Assembly: GCA_964472655.1 (NCBI GenBank)
Contig: CAYYLQ010000004.1
Coordinates: forward strand, 1,912 to 65,911
Source of the DNA: an uncultured Nitrospirales bacterium
GTDB taxonomy: Bacteria > Nitrospirota > Nitrospiria > Nitrospirales > NS-4
Length of the DNA stretch: 64,000 nt
Reading direction: 5' to 3'
The translations under genes and the position numbers were made by a program. Every line of letters starts with the position of its first letter. Position 1 is the first letter of the stretch. The notes beneath the pieces were generated by a model that saw only the letters and a program-made list of their open reading frames with translations, did not search any database and had not been told where the DNA came from. Below, one piece after another: positions 9,566 through 17,727 of this stretch.

Positions 9566-9877
9566 ATGATCGCCACGATTACCTATTGCCTTTCTGAAGA
9601 AGCGAGAGACTGCGAGGTGAAGGCGGGCGGGTCGGGCGCGTACCATCGGAATGTCTCCGGGCCGATTGCGCCGGCGGACGAGCGGTTGTTCCAGGTAACT
9701 GACGACGGCTCTGTGTCGGCGATGTTCACGGTGATGGAGTTCGACGCGCCGCAATCCTTCGAGACGCTGCTCGCGCATCTTCGCGCCCGCCGCCACCGCC
9801 TCTCGGCGATCCGGTTCGCGCTCGAAGCCGGGACCACGGCGGCCGACCTTCGCAAAACCACGCCCCTTGACATTTAG
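9566..9877 (+). CDS. hypothetical protein (coding status uncertain)
   Basis: 103-aa ATG ORF with no recognisable motif. Two antisense ORFs of similar length overlap it, as expected in high-G+C DNA. Confidence 0.3.
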   Translation: MIATITYCLSEEARDCEVKAGGSGAYHRNVSGPIAPADERLFQVTDDGSVSAMFTVMEFDAPQSFETLLAHLRARRHRLSAIRFALEAGTTAADLRKTTPLDI

Positions 9878-9902
9878 GAATTGAATCGTAATCATACAGC
9901 CC

Positions 9903-10220
9903 ATGCGCATGAAACTGACAGAGTTGCTCCGGGTGTCAATCCTTGTAGCGGCGTGGCTCGTCTTCGGAGGAGCGTACGTCGTTGACGCCCTCGATGCATC
10001 CTACGAAATGAACGCGGCCGGATCAGACCTTGAGCAGGCCCTCGAACCTGAAGACAAGGTCGGACTCCACGTGCTTGGCGTTTCCCACGCGGGCGCCGTC
10101 GAAACGATGGCGTTCTGCCGGTGTCGCGACGTTGACACGAATGCTCAGCCTCACCCCTGGCTGTTCCGCGAACTTCCCGCCTGCCCTCTTTATCAGCGTC
10201 TTTCCAGCTACCGGATCTGA
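9903..10220 (+). CDS. hypothetical membrane-anchored or secreted small protein
   Basis: 105 aa. N-terminal hydrophobic helix VSILVAAWLVFGGAYVV. Cys- and His-containing C-terminal part. Upstream of the RND pump. Confidence 0.4.
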   Translation: MRMKLTELLRVSILVAAWLVFGGAYVVDALDASYEMNAAGSDLEQALEPEDKVGLHVLGVSHAGAVETMAFCRCRDVDTNAQPHPWLFRELPACPLYQRLSSYRI

Positions 10221-10325
10221 TCCCCTTCCCAGACGCCTCTGAGACGGAGAACCTCGGCTCTCCGCTGGCCCTGTTGTGCGCTGAAGGGATTACCGCTTCC
10301 TGTCTCCAGGAGGAAGGGGGGAAGG

Positions 10326-13300
10326 ATGTTGACCGTCATAGTAAAAGCCGCGCTCTCGCACCGAAAGATTGTGCTCGCATTGGCCGTCGGATTGTTGATC
10401 GGAGGCCTCTACGCGTTTCATGTCCTCGATATCATTGCCTATCCCGATCCCGCGCCTCCGATGATCGAGGTGATCACCCAGAATCCGGGCTGGTCTGCCG
10501 AGGAAATTGAACGGCAGATCACGATCCCGCTGGAGACCACCCTGAATGGCATGCCGGGTCTCACCACCCTCCGCTCGATCTCGTTGTTCGGGCTCAGTGA
10601 TATCAAAGCCTACTTCGATTTTGACACTGATTATTTCAAAGATCGGCAAGAAGTGCTCAACCGGTTGCAACTCGTCACACTGCCGAACAACCTCCAGCCC
10701 CAGATTTCTCCCTGGTCGGCGATCGGCGAGATCTACCGCTACCAGCTGGTCGGCGAGGCCTACTCCCTCACGCAACTGAAAGAGGCGCAAGATTGGATCG
10801 TGCGGCGACAGTTTAAGCAGGTGCCCGGCATCCTCGACGTGGTCGGATTCGGAGGGACGACCAAAGAGTACCACGTCGAGATCGATCCCCGGGCCCTTCT
10901 CAATTATGGCGTCACGCTCCCCCAAGTCATGACCGCCCTCGGCAACAGCAACATCAACGTCGGGGGCAGTTTCATCCCGATAGGGGAACAGAACACCAAT
11001 ATTCGCGGGCTCGGTCTCTTCCGCACCGTGGAGGACATTGCGCGGGTGGTTGTCGCGGAGAGAAACGGCGTACCGATTTATGTCTCCAATCTGGCGCGAG
11101 TTGGCATCGGCCATGCGATTCGACTTGGGAAGGTGGCGCATGACCGGGAGGATGACATCGTCGAGGGCATTGTCCTGATGCATCGAGGCGCCAGAGCCCT
11201 CACGACCCTGGAGGGTGTCCGGGCGAAGGTGGGAGAATTGAATACGCGTTTGTTGCCGGCGGGGATGAAATTGCAATCCATCTATGACCGGTCGAAATTG
11301 ATCAATCTGACTACCACGACCGTGCTGCACATCCTCGTCCTCGGCATCGTTCTCGTCTGCGCCATTCTGTTTGTCTTCCTGGGCGACATCGCAACCGCCT
11401 TGATCGTCGCCGTGTCCATCCCCCTCTCGTTGCTGGCGACGTTTTCCGTTATGGCCGGGCGTGGGGAGTCGGCGAACCTCATTTCGATGGGCGCCATTGA
11501 TTTCGGTATTATCGTGGACGCCTCCGTGGTCATGGCTGAAAACATTTTCCGCCACCTCACCGCCACACATTTCCGACGACAAGGCGCCACGTCAGTCATT
11601 ATTCACGCCGCCGAGGAGGTCACCGGGCCGATCTTCTTCTCCACCGTCGTCATCCTGATCGCCTTTCTGCCCCTCTTCACCATGTACGGCGTCCCGGGGC
11701 GCATTTTCGCGCCGATGTCGCATACCTATGGGTACGCCATGGCCAGCGCGCTGCTTCTTTCCGTCACGCTCACCCCGGTGCTGTGCCGGTGGTTCCTTCC
11801 AGACAGAACGCATCGAGAGGAAACCACCGTTGTCCATGCCATCAAGACGCGGTACCTCTGGATCTTGGACCGTGTCTTGCATCATCGTGGAGTGGTGGTC
11901 GCCTGCGCCGGAGGGCTGTTGCTCGCGACGTTGTTCGCGTCCAGATTGCTCGGCGGAGAATTCATGCCCAAGCTGGAAGAAGGGAACATTTGGCTCCGCG
12001 CCTCCATGCCCCTGGATATCAACTTTGAGACTGCCAGTGAAATCGAGCGCACGATCCGAACCATCTTACGACAGGTGCCCGAAGTCACGTCTGTCACCTC
12101 ACAGTTGGGACGCCCGGACGACGGGACCGATGTCACCGGCTTCTTCAATGGTGAGTTTCTGGTCGAGATCAAACCTCGAAGCGAGTGGCGTAGCGGGATC
12201 TCCTCCAAGGAACAACTGGTGCAGGACGTGGAACGGAGGCTCGCGGTCCTCCCCGGGATCGTGTTCAACTTCTCCCAAGCCATTCAAGACAATGTCGAAG
12301 AGGCCATGGCCGGAGTCAAGGGAGAGAATGCCATCAAGATTTTTGGCGATGATCTGCCGGCCTTGGAAGTGAAAGCCGAGGAGGTGGTCAAGATCATGAA
12401 GACCATTCACGGTATTCGCGATCTCGGGTACATCGATGAATTCGGCCAGCAAGACCTTGTCGTTGAAATCGATCGGGAGGCCACCGCGCGCTACGGCATT
12501 CAGGTGGGCGACGTCGCCGCGATGATTCAAGCCGCACTCGGCGGCCAGGCTGTGACGCAACTCCTGGATCGGGACAGGCGCTTCGATGTCACCGTCCGTC
12601 TCCTGCCGGAGTACCGCGAGCAGTCTGATCAGATTGAGGAACTACAAATCGCTTCTCCCGACGGGGGGCGGATTCCGTTGAAACAACTGGCGACAATCAA
12701 GCGCCAGTCCGGGGCCTCGTTGATCTTCCGGGAAGGCAACAACCGCTATTCTGCGGTGAAGTTCAGCGTGCGCGACCGCGACCTTGAGAGCACGATCAAT
12801 GAAGCTGAAGCGAAGCTTGCCTCTGGCACGGAGTGGCCCAAGGGATATCACTATGAGTGGCACGGAGAAATTCGGCAACTCCGGGAGGAACAGCGACGAT
12901 TGCTGGTCATTGTGCCGGTGAGCCTCCTGCTCATCTTTTTTGTCCTCTATAACGCGCTCTCCTCGGTCAAGGATGCGTTGCTGATCCTTGGGGCGGTTCC
13001 GTTTGCCCTGGTCGGAGGGGTGCTGGCGCTGTTCGTTACCGGCACGCATTTCAGCATCTCCGCCGCCGTTGGCTTTCTCTCGGTCTTTGGCGTGTCTATT
13101 CTCGACAGCACGATCCTGATCACTTATATCCGGCAACTCCGTCTGGAAGGCCTCGGGCTGGAGGAGGCGGTCAGGCAGGGCGCTGAAATGCGGATGCGCC
13201 CTGTCTTGATGACTGGTCTGGCTGCGGCGATCGGGCTGCTGCCAGCCGCGATCGGCGGCGGAATCGGATCGGAAACGCAGCGTCCCCTGGCCAGGGTCGT

Positions 13301-13421
13301 CGTGGGTGGGATGCTGACGGCGTCGACGCTGATCCTGCTCGTTCTCCCAGCCATGTACAGCTTGGTCACAAAAAGGGAGGACATTTCTATGGAAACCATG
13401 AACCCGGAGGGTCCAACATAA
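10326..13421 (+). CDS. CusA/CzcA-family heavy-metal efflux RND permease
   Basis: 1031 aa. 12-TM RND architecture with two large periplasmic loops. N-terminus ...AYPDPAPPMIEVITQNPGWSAEEIERQITIPLE is typical of HME-RND. GGAAGGGGGGAAGG RBS. Confidence 0.9.
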   Translation: MLTVIVKAALSHRKIVLALAVGLLIGGLYAFHVLDIIAYPDPAPPMIEVITQNPGWSAEEIERQITIPLETTLNGMPGLTTLRSISLFGLSDIKAYFDFDTDYFKDRQEVLNRLQLVTLPNNLQPQISPWSAIGEIYRYQLVGEAYSLTQLKEAQDWIVRRQFKQVPGILDVVGFGGTTKEYHVEIDPRALLNYGVTLPQVMTALGNSNINVGGSFIPIGEQNTNIRGLGLFRTVEDIARVVVAERNGVPIYVSNLARVGIGHAIRLGKVAHDREDDIVEGIVLMHRGARALTTLEGVRAKVGELNTRLLPAGMKLQSIYDRSKLINLTTTTVLHILVLGIVLVCAILFVFLGDIATALIVAVSIPLSLLATFSVMAGRGESANLISMGAIDFGIIVDASVVMAENIFRHLTATHFRRQGATSVIIHAAEEVTGPIFFSTVVILIAFLPLFTMYGVPGRIFAPMSHTYGYAMASALLLSVTLTPVLCRWFLPDRTHREETTVVHAIKTRYLWILDRVLHHRGVVVACAGGLLLATLFASRLLGGEFMPKLEEGNIWLRASMPLDINFETASEIERTIRTILRQVPEVTSVTSQLGRPDDGTDVTGFFNGEFLVEIKPRSEWRSGISSKEQLVQDVERRLAVLPGIVFNFSQAIQDNVEEAMAGVKGENAIKIFGDDLPALEVKAEEVVKIMKTIHGIRDLGYIDEFGQQDLVVEIDREATARYGIQVGDVAAMIQAALGGQAVTQLLDRDRRFDVTVRLLPEYREQSDQIEELQIASPDGGRIPLKQLATIKRQSGASLIFREGNNRYSAVKFSVRDRDLESTINEAEAKLASGTEWPKGYHYEWHGEIRQLREEQRRLLVIVPVSLLLIFFVLYNALSSVKDALLILGAVPFALVGGVLALFVTGTHFSISAAVGFLSVFGVSILDSTILITYIRQLRLEGLGLEEAVRQGAEMRMRPVLMTGLAAAIGLLPAAIGGGIGSETQRPLARVVVGGMLTASTLILLVLPAMYSLVTKREDISMETMNPEGPT

Positions 13422-13495
13422 AAGTGCCCTCTTGAATTATTTGGATCGGAAGAAACCGACTATCATGGCGATTCTTAAAGCGAAACGGGGAAACC

Positions 13496-13524
13496 TTCAC
13501 AAAATCGAGCGAGTCGTGTAAAGT
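13496..13524 (+). promoter_or_regulatory. sigma70-like promoter (copy 1 of a 33-bp repeat)
   Basis: TTCACA-N17-TAAAGT, about 125 nt upstream of the PagL-like gene. 29/33 identical to 15055..15087. Confidence 0.4.
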
Positions 13525-13650
13525 GCCTGACGCACCGCACATTTTCTTTTTCTGCAAATCCATTCAACCTTCCCTGAAGTCCCCGTGTCTCACGTTCAGG
13601 CGAATTTGCGACCTGCAGCTAAGTTCAAGTCCGGAAGGAAAGGAGTTTGG

Positions 13651-14271
13651 ATGCGACAGCGTTTGATTATCGTTGTGATCGCGGGGCTGTGTGCCATCAT
13701 GCCTGTGCTCGGGGCGCGGGCCGACGCGCAGACCATCCAGGCCCGGGATATCGTCAAGCAAGGCACGATCGAGGCGGGGGCGGTCGTCGGCTTTCTCCAA
13801 GGCCTTGATGTGGGGACTTCAGAGCCCAATCGCAGCGCGACGTATGTGCTTCCAAGAATCGGAAAGGTGGTGACAGGAGACCTGGGGAAAGATCTCTATG
13901 TAGGAAACTTCGAGGTCCTCTTCGAACCTCTCTATGCGCACTATTGGGAGCCTTTTCACGGTGAAGCGGCGGGCGGCTCCGCGCTGTTCAAGTATAACTT
14001 TCTTGCCTTCGGCAGGTGGATGCCGTTCTGGGATCTCGGCCTCGGGATGCTCTGGACGGACCTGGCGCCGCGTATTCCCGAACAGAGCGAGCAATTCAAT
14101 TTTGTGCTCGAAAGCGGCACCGGGACGCAGTACTTCATGACGGAGAGCATCGCGCTGACGATAGGGGCGCGCTTCCACCACATCTCGAACGCGGGCATCG
14201 GCGATCGGAATCTCGGATTGAACTCGGTTTTAGGGTACGTGGGCGTCTCGTTCTTTCTGCCTCGGCAGTGA
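13651..14271 (+). CDS. acyloxyacyl hydrolase / lipid A deacylase (PagL-like) outer-membrane protein
   Basis: ATG preceded by GGAAAGGAG. Signal peptide MRQRLIIVVIAGLCAIMPVLGARADA. FHHISNAG catalytic His/Ser motif. C-terminal beta-barrel-like sequence. Confidence 0.6.
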   Translation: MRQRLIIVVIAGLCAIMPVLGARADAQTIQARDIVKQGTIEAGAVVGFLQGLDVGTSEPNRSATYVLPRIGKVVTGDLGKDLYVGNFEVLFEPLYAHYWEPFHGEAAGGSALFKYNFLAFGRWMPFWDLGLGMLWTDLAPRIPEQSEQFNFVLESGTGTQYFMTESIALTIGARFHHISNAGIGDRNLGLNSVLGYVGVSFFLPRQ

Positions 14272-14292
14272 CCCGCTCCCTCCCTTGATGAC

Positions 14293-14946
14293 TCAGAAGT
14301 GCAGCGCTGCGCCCACGACCACGGCATTGGCCGAATAGTCGCCCCTGATGCCGATCGTCGAAGAGACGGCCTCCCTGAAGTCGAGTTTGGCTCTCGTGTA
14401 CTTGTATTCGGCGAAGAGCGCGACCCAGGAGGGAATGACGAACACGCGGAGGCCCGCCAGGGCGTTGAGGCCGGCCTTGGTGGACGTATCGGTGCCGAAG
14501 ACGTTGCTGGCGCGGGCGAAGAAGATCGCGGGGCCGGCGCCCACATAGGGCTGGAAGATGGGATGCGGAATCCGGACCACGGCATTCACGGCCCACGTCG
14601 TGATGCGCAGATTCGTGTCAGGCTGAGTCGATGTGGCTGTCCCTCCGGGACCACTGGCCGTCACGGCTTGCTGTTTGATATGAGGGGTCGTGCTGAACAC
14701 CTCCGTCTCGATGCCGACGAACGTCAGCGGCCCCGGGAGATAGTAGCCGATCTTGGCGCCATACAGCCCCGCCCCCCTCAAGGACAAATCCGTCAACGTG
14801 CCGGATCCGGCTCCCGTCGCCGTAATGTGGTTCAGGTCGTTCGGGATCGATACCCCGAGGTCTCCCGCGATGTACAATTCAGCCGATGCGGTTCCGGCAA
14901 GGGTGAGCAGCAAGCCCAAGAAGACGGTCACGATACAGAGCTTCAT
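14293..14946 (-). CDS. outer-membrane beta-barrel protein (OmpW/OMP_b-brl-like)
   Basis: ATG preceded by AAGGGAGA. Signal peptide MKLCIVTVFLGLLLTLAGTASA. Alternating beta-strand pattern. C-terminal ...GAALHF. Confidence 0.65.
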   Translation of the reverse strand: MKLCIVTVFLGLLLTLAGTASAELYIAGDLGVSIPNDLNHITATGAGSGTLTDLSLRGAGLYGAKIGYYLPGPLTFVGIETEVFSTTPHIKQQAVTASGPGGTATSTQPDTNLRITTWAVNAVVRIPHPIFQPYVGAGPAIFFARASNVFGTDTSTKAGLNALAGLRVFVIPSWVALFAEYKYTRAKLDFREAVSSTIGIRGDYSANAVVVGAALHF

Positions 14947-15058
14947 GGCGTCTCCCTTCTTTTTCGATGGGGATCTCATCGGCTCCCTCCGTCTTGCACA
15001 CAAGTATAACTCTGAAAAAGCCGCCTGTCCTCTTGTTTGTGCCGCAGACGCGCCAACC

Positions 15059-15087
15059 TTCACAAAATCGCGCCATTAGTGTAAAGT
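15059..15087 (+). promoter_or_regulatory. sigma70-like promoter (copy 2 of the 33-bp repeat)
   Basis: TTCACA-N17-TAAAGT ends 23 nt upstream of the epimerase ATG. Confidence 0.4.
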
Positions 15088-15110
15088 TCTGGCTCTCATT
15101 GGGAGCAGAC

Positions 15111-16124
15111 ATGGACGCGAGCGTGCTTGTGACAGGCGTGGCCGGCTTCATCGGCTACCACGTCGCCCGGCGTCTGCTGGAGCGGGGCGACCGGGTGCTG
15201 GGCCTGGACAACCTGAGCGACTATTACGACGTGCGCCTGAAGAAGGCGCGGCTCGCGCAGCTCGAGCCCTTTGAGCGCTTCCGGTTCCTCAAGCGCGACC
15301 TGGCCAACCGGTCGGCCATGGAGAAAGTGTTCGCCGCGCATCCCATCAGGCGGGTGGTTCACCTCGGAGCCCAGGCGGGCGTCCGCTATTCGCTGGTCAA
15401 CCCCCATGCCTACGCGGACAGCAATCTCACGGGCTTTCTCAACGTCCTGGAGGGCTGCCGGCGCCGGAAGGTCGAGCACCTTGTCTTCGCCTCCTCCAGT
15501 TCCGTCTACGGCGGCAACACCCACATGCCGTTCTCGGTGAACGACAACGTAGACCATCCCCTGTCGCTCTACGCCGCCAGCAAGAAGGCCAACGAGCTGA
15601 TGGCCCATACCTACGCCCACCTCTACGGAATCCCCTGCACGGGACTCCGGTTCTTCACCGTCTACGGGCCCTGGGGCCGGCCCGACATGGCGCTGTTCAT
15701 CTTCACCAAGGCGATCCTGGAAGGGAAACCCATCCAGGTGTTCAATTTCGGCAAAATGCAGCGGGACCTGACGTATATTGATGATATTGTGGAGGGTGTG
15801 GTCCGCGTGCTGGACCGGACGGCCGTGCCCGACCCGGCCTGGTCGGGGGAGCGCCCGAAGCCCGGGAGCAGCAACGCGCCCTATCGCCTGTATAATATCG
15901 GCAACCATCAACCGGTGGAGTTGCTGCGGATCATCGCCGTGCTCGAAGGCGTACTGGGAAAGAAGGCGAAGATGGAGATGAAGCCCATGCAGGCGGGCGA
16001 CGTGCCGGCGACCTATGCGGAGATCGAGGACCTGGCCGCCGACGTCGGCTTCCGCCCCGGCACGCCCATCGAGGTGGGGATCCGGCGGTTCGTCGAGTGG
16101 TACCGGACGTATGCGGGCCGCTGA
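15111..16124 (+). CDS. NAD-dependent nucleotide-sugar epimerase (UDP-glucuronate 4-epimerase-like SDR)
   Basis: [12 protein letters not shown] Rossmann motif, YAASKKANE (YxxxK). 337 aa. Confidence 0.85.
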   Translation: MDASVLVTGVAGFIGYHVARRLLERGDRVLGLDNLSDYYDVRLKKARLAQLEPFERFRFLKRDLANRSAMEKVFAAHPIRRVVHLGAQAGVRYSLVNPHAYADSNLTGFLNVLEGCRRRKVEHLVFASSSSVYGGNTHMPFSVNDNVDHPLSLYAASKKANELMAHTYAHLYGIPCTGLRFFTVYGPWGRPDMALFIFTKAILEGKPIQVFNFGKMQRDLTYIDDIVEGVVRVLDRTAVPDPAWSGERPKPGSSNAPYRLYNIGNHQPVELLRIIAVLEGVLGKKAKMEMKPMQAGDVPATYAEIEDLAADVGFRPGTPIEVGIRRFVEWYRTYAGR

Positions 16125-16126
16125 CG

Positions 16127-17182
16127 ATGCGTAAGCGCGCCATCATCACCGGCATCACGGGCCAGGACGGCTCCTACCTGGCCGAACTGCTCCTGGCCAA
16201 GGGCTATGAGGTCCACGGCCTCGTGCGCCGCGCCAGCACCTTCAACACGTCGCGCATCGACCATATCTACGTGGACCCGCACAAGCCCGGCGCGCGGTTC
16301 TTCCTGCATTACGGCGACCTGGGCAGCGCAGGCGAGATCGCCCAGCTGATCCAGCAGGTCAAGCCGGACGAACTCTATCACCTGGCCGCGCAAAGCCATG
16401 TCCGCGTGAGCTTCGACCTGCCGGAACACACCGGCGAGATCACCGGGCTGGGGGCCACGCGGGTCCTGGAGGCCGCGCACCAGTCCAAACTGCCGGTCCG
16501 CCTGTACCAGGCGTCGAGCAGTGAAATGTTCGGCTCGACGCCGCCGCCGCAGAACGAGACGACGCCGTTTCATCCCCGCAGTCCCTACGCGGCTGCCAAG
16601 GTCTATGCCTACTGGATGACGATCAACTACCGGGAGGCGTACGGCCTGTTCGCCAGCAACGGGATCCTGTTCAACCACGAGTCGCCCCGGCGCGGCGAAA
16701 CCTTCGTCAGCCGCAAGGTCACGCGGGGCGTCGCCGCCATCGTCGCCAAGCGGGACGAGAAGCTGTTCCTGGGCAACCTGGACGCCAAGCGGGACTGGGG
16801 CTATGCGCCCGAATACGTGGAGTGCATGTGGCAGATCCTCAACGCCGACCGCCCCGACGACTACGTGATCGGCACGGGCGAGACGCACACCGTGCGCGAA
16901 CTGGTGGAGCAGGCCTTTGCCTACGTGGGTCTGGACTGGAAGCGCCACGTCGAGAAGGATCCCCGCTACCTGCGGCCGACGGAAGTGGACGGGTTACAGG
17001 CGGACGCGACGAAAGCGAAGAAGCAGCTGGGATGGACTCCGCGCGTCCGGTTCGCCGACCTGGTGAAGATCATGGTGGATTGCGACCTGGAACGGATGGG
17101 GTGCCGGCCGATCGGAGAAGGCAAAAAGATTCTCGAAGCCGCCGGGCTCGATTGGACGACCAATCGCATGACGGCCGGCTAA
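16127..17182 (+). CDS. gmd: GDP-mannose 4,6-dehydratase
   Basis: [18 protein letters not shown]-terminus and full-length family resemblance. ATG lies 2 nt after the epimerase stop. Confidence 0.95.
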   Translation: MRKRAIITGITGQDGSYLAELLLAKGYEVHGLVRRASTFNTSRIDHIYVDPHKPGARFFLHYGDLGSAGEIAQLIQQVKPDELYHLAAQSHVRVSFDLPEHTGEITGLGATRVLEAAHQSKLPVRLYQASSSEMFGSTPPPQNETTPFHPRSPYAAAKVYAYWMTINYREAYGLFASNGILFNHESPRRGETFVSRKVTRGVAAIVAKRDEKLFLGNLDAKRDWGYAPEYVECMWQILNADRPDDYVIGTGETHTVRELVEQAFAYVGLDWKRHVEKDPRYLRPTEVDGLQADATKAKKQLGWTPRVRFADLVKIMVDCDLERMGCRPIGEGKKILEAAGLDWTTNRMTAG

Positions 17183-17189
17183 GGGCGCC

Positions 17190-17219
17190 TTGCTTTTTCA
17201 GCAACAGGAATGGTAAACG
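17190..17219 (+). promoter_or_regulatory. candidate promoter of tRNA-Glu(UUC)
   Basis: TTGCTT-N18-TAAACG. The -10 ends 11 nt before the tRNA 5' end. Confidence 0.3.
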
Positions 17220-17230
17220 AACCGGCGGCT

Positions 17231-17308
17231 GTCCCCATCGTCTAGCCTGGCCTAGGACGCGGCCCTTTCAAGGCCGCAACACGGGTTCAAATCCCGTTGG
17301 GGACACCA
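17231..17308 (+). tRNA. tRNA-Glu (anticodon UUC)
   Basis: GTCCCCATCGTCTAGCCTGGCCTAGGAC..., anticodon loop CTTTCAA, ...GGGTTCAAATCCCGTTGGGGACACCA. Confidence 0.9.
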
Positions 17309-17323
17309 CACATAACGGAGTAG

Positions 17324-17725
17324 CTAACCTAGTGCTAGCAGACGCTTGACGACTCCATGGAGTTCGTGCACATCCACCGGTTTGTGGAACGCTGCGTCCA
17401 CAATGCCGCTGTTGACGGCATCCAACAACATGGGTTGCGTGGTTTCCCCGGAAATCAGAACGATCTTAAGCGGCTTCGAAATATTCAACGTCGGTTTCTT
17501 ATCGGACTGCCCTCGAAGCTCATAGCATAGGGTCAGGCCGTCCCAGTTCGGCATCAGATAATCGGACAACAGAAGGTCCGGTTGCTCGGTTTCGATCAAG
17601 GTCATGGCGTCCATGCCGTCACCGGCTTCTATAATATCCAGCGGGAAGTCCTCCAGCGCATCGCGCAGGAACGCGCGCATCTCAGGTTGGTCGTCTACGA
17701 TTAGGACCTTGGCTCTTTTGCCCAT
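17324..17725 (-). CDS. single-domain response regulator (CheY-like receiver)
   Basis: 133 aa. KVLIVDD...DLLLSDYLMPNWDG...HKP receiver motifs. No output domain. Stop lies 15 nt from the tRNA-Glu end. Confidence 0.85.
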   Translation of the reverse strand: MGKRAKVLIVDDQPEMRAFLRDALEDFPLDIIEAGDGMDAMTLIETEQPDLLLSDYLMPNWDGLTLCYELRGQSDKKPTLNISKPLKIVLISGETTQPMLLDAVNSGIVDAAFHKPVDVHELHGVVKRLLALG

Positions 17726-17727
17726 TC

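Noticed and set aside
10248-10266. ACCTCGGCTCTCCGC just upstream of the RND gene loosely resembles the tRNA-Lys 3' end (ACCCGGCTCACCAC). It might be an attR for the islet.
   Set aside because: The match has two mismatches and an indel over about 14 nt. In G+C-rich DNA a match of this quality is expected by chance within the region I searched.
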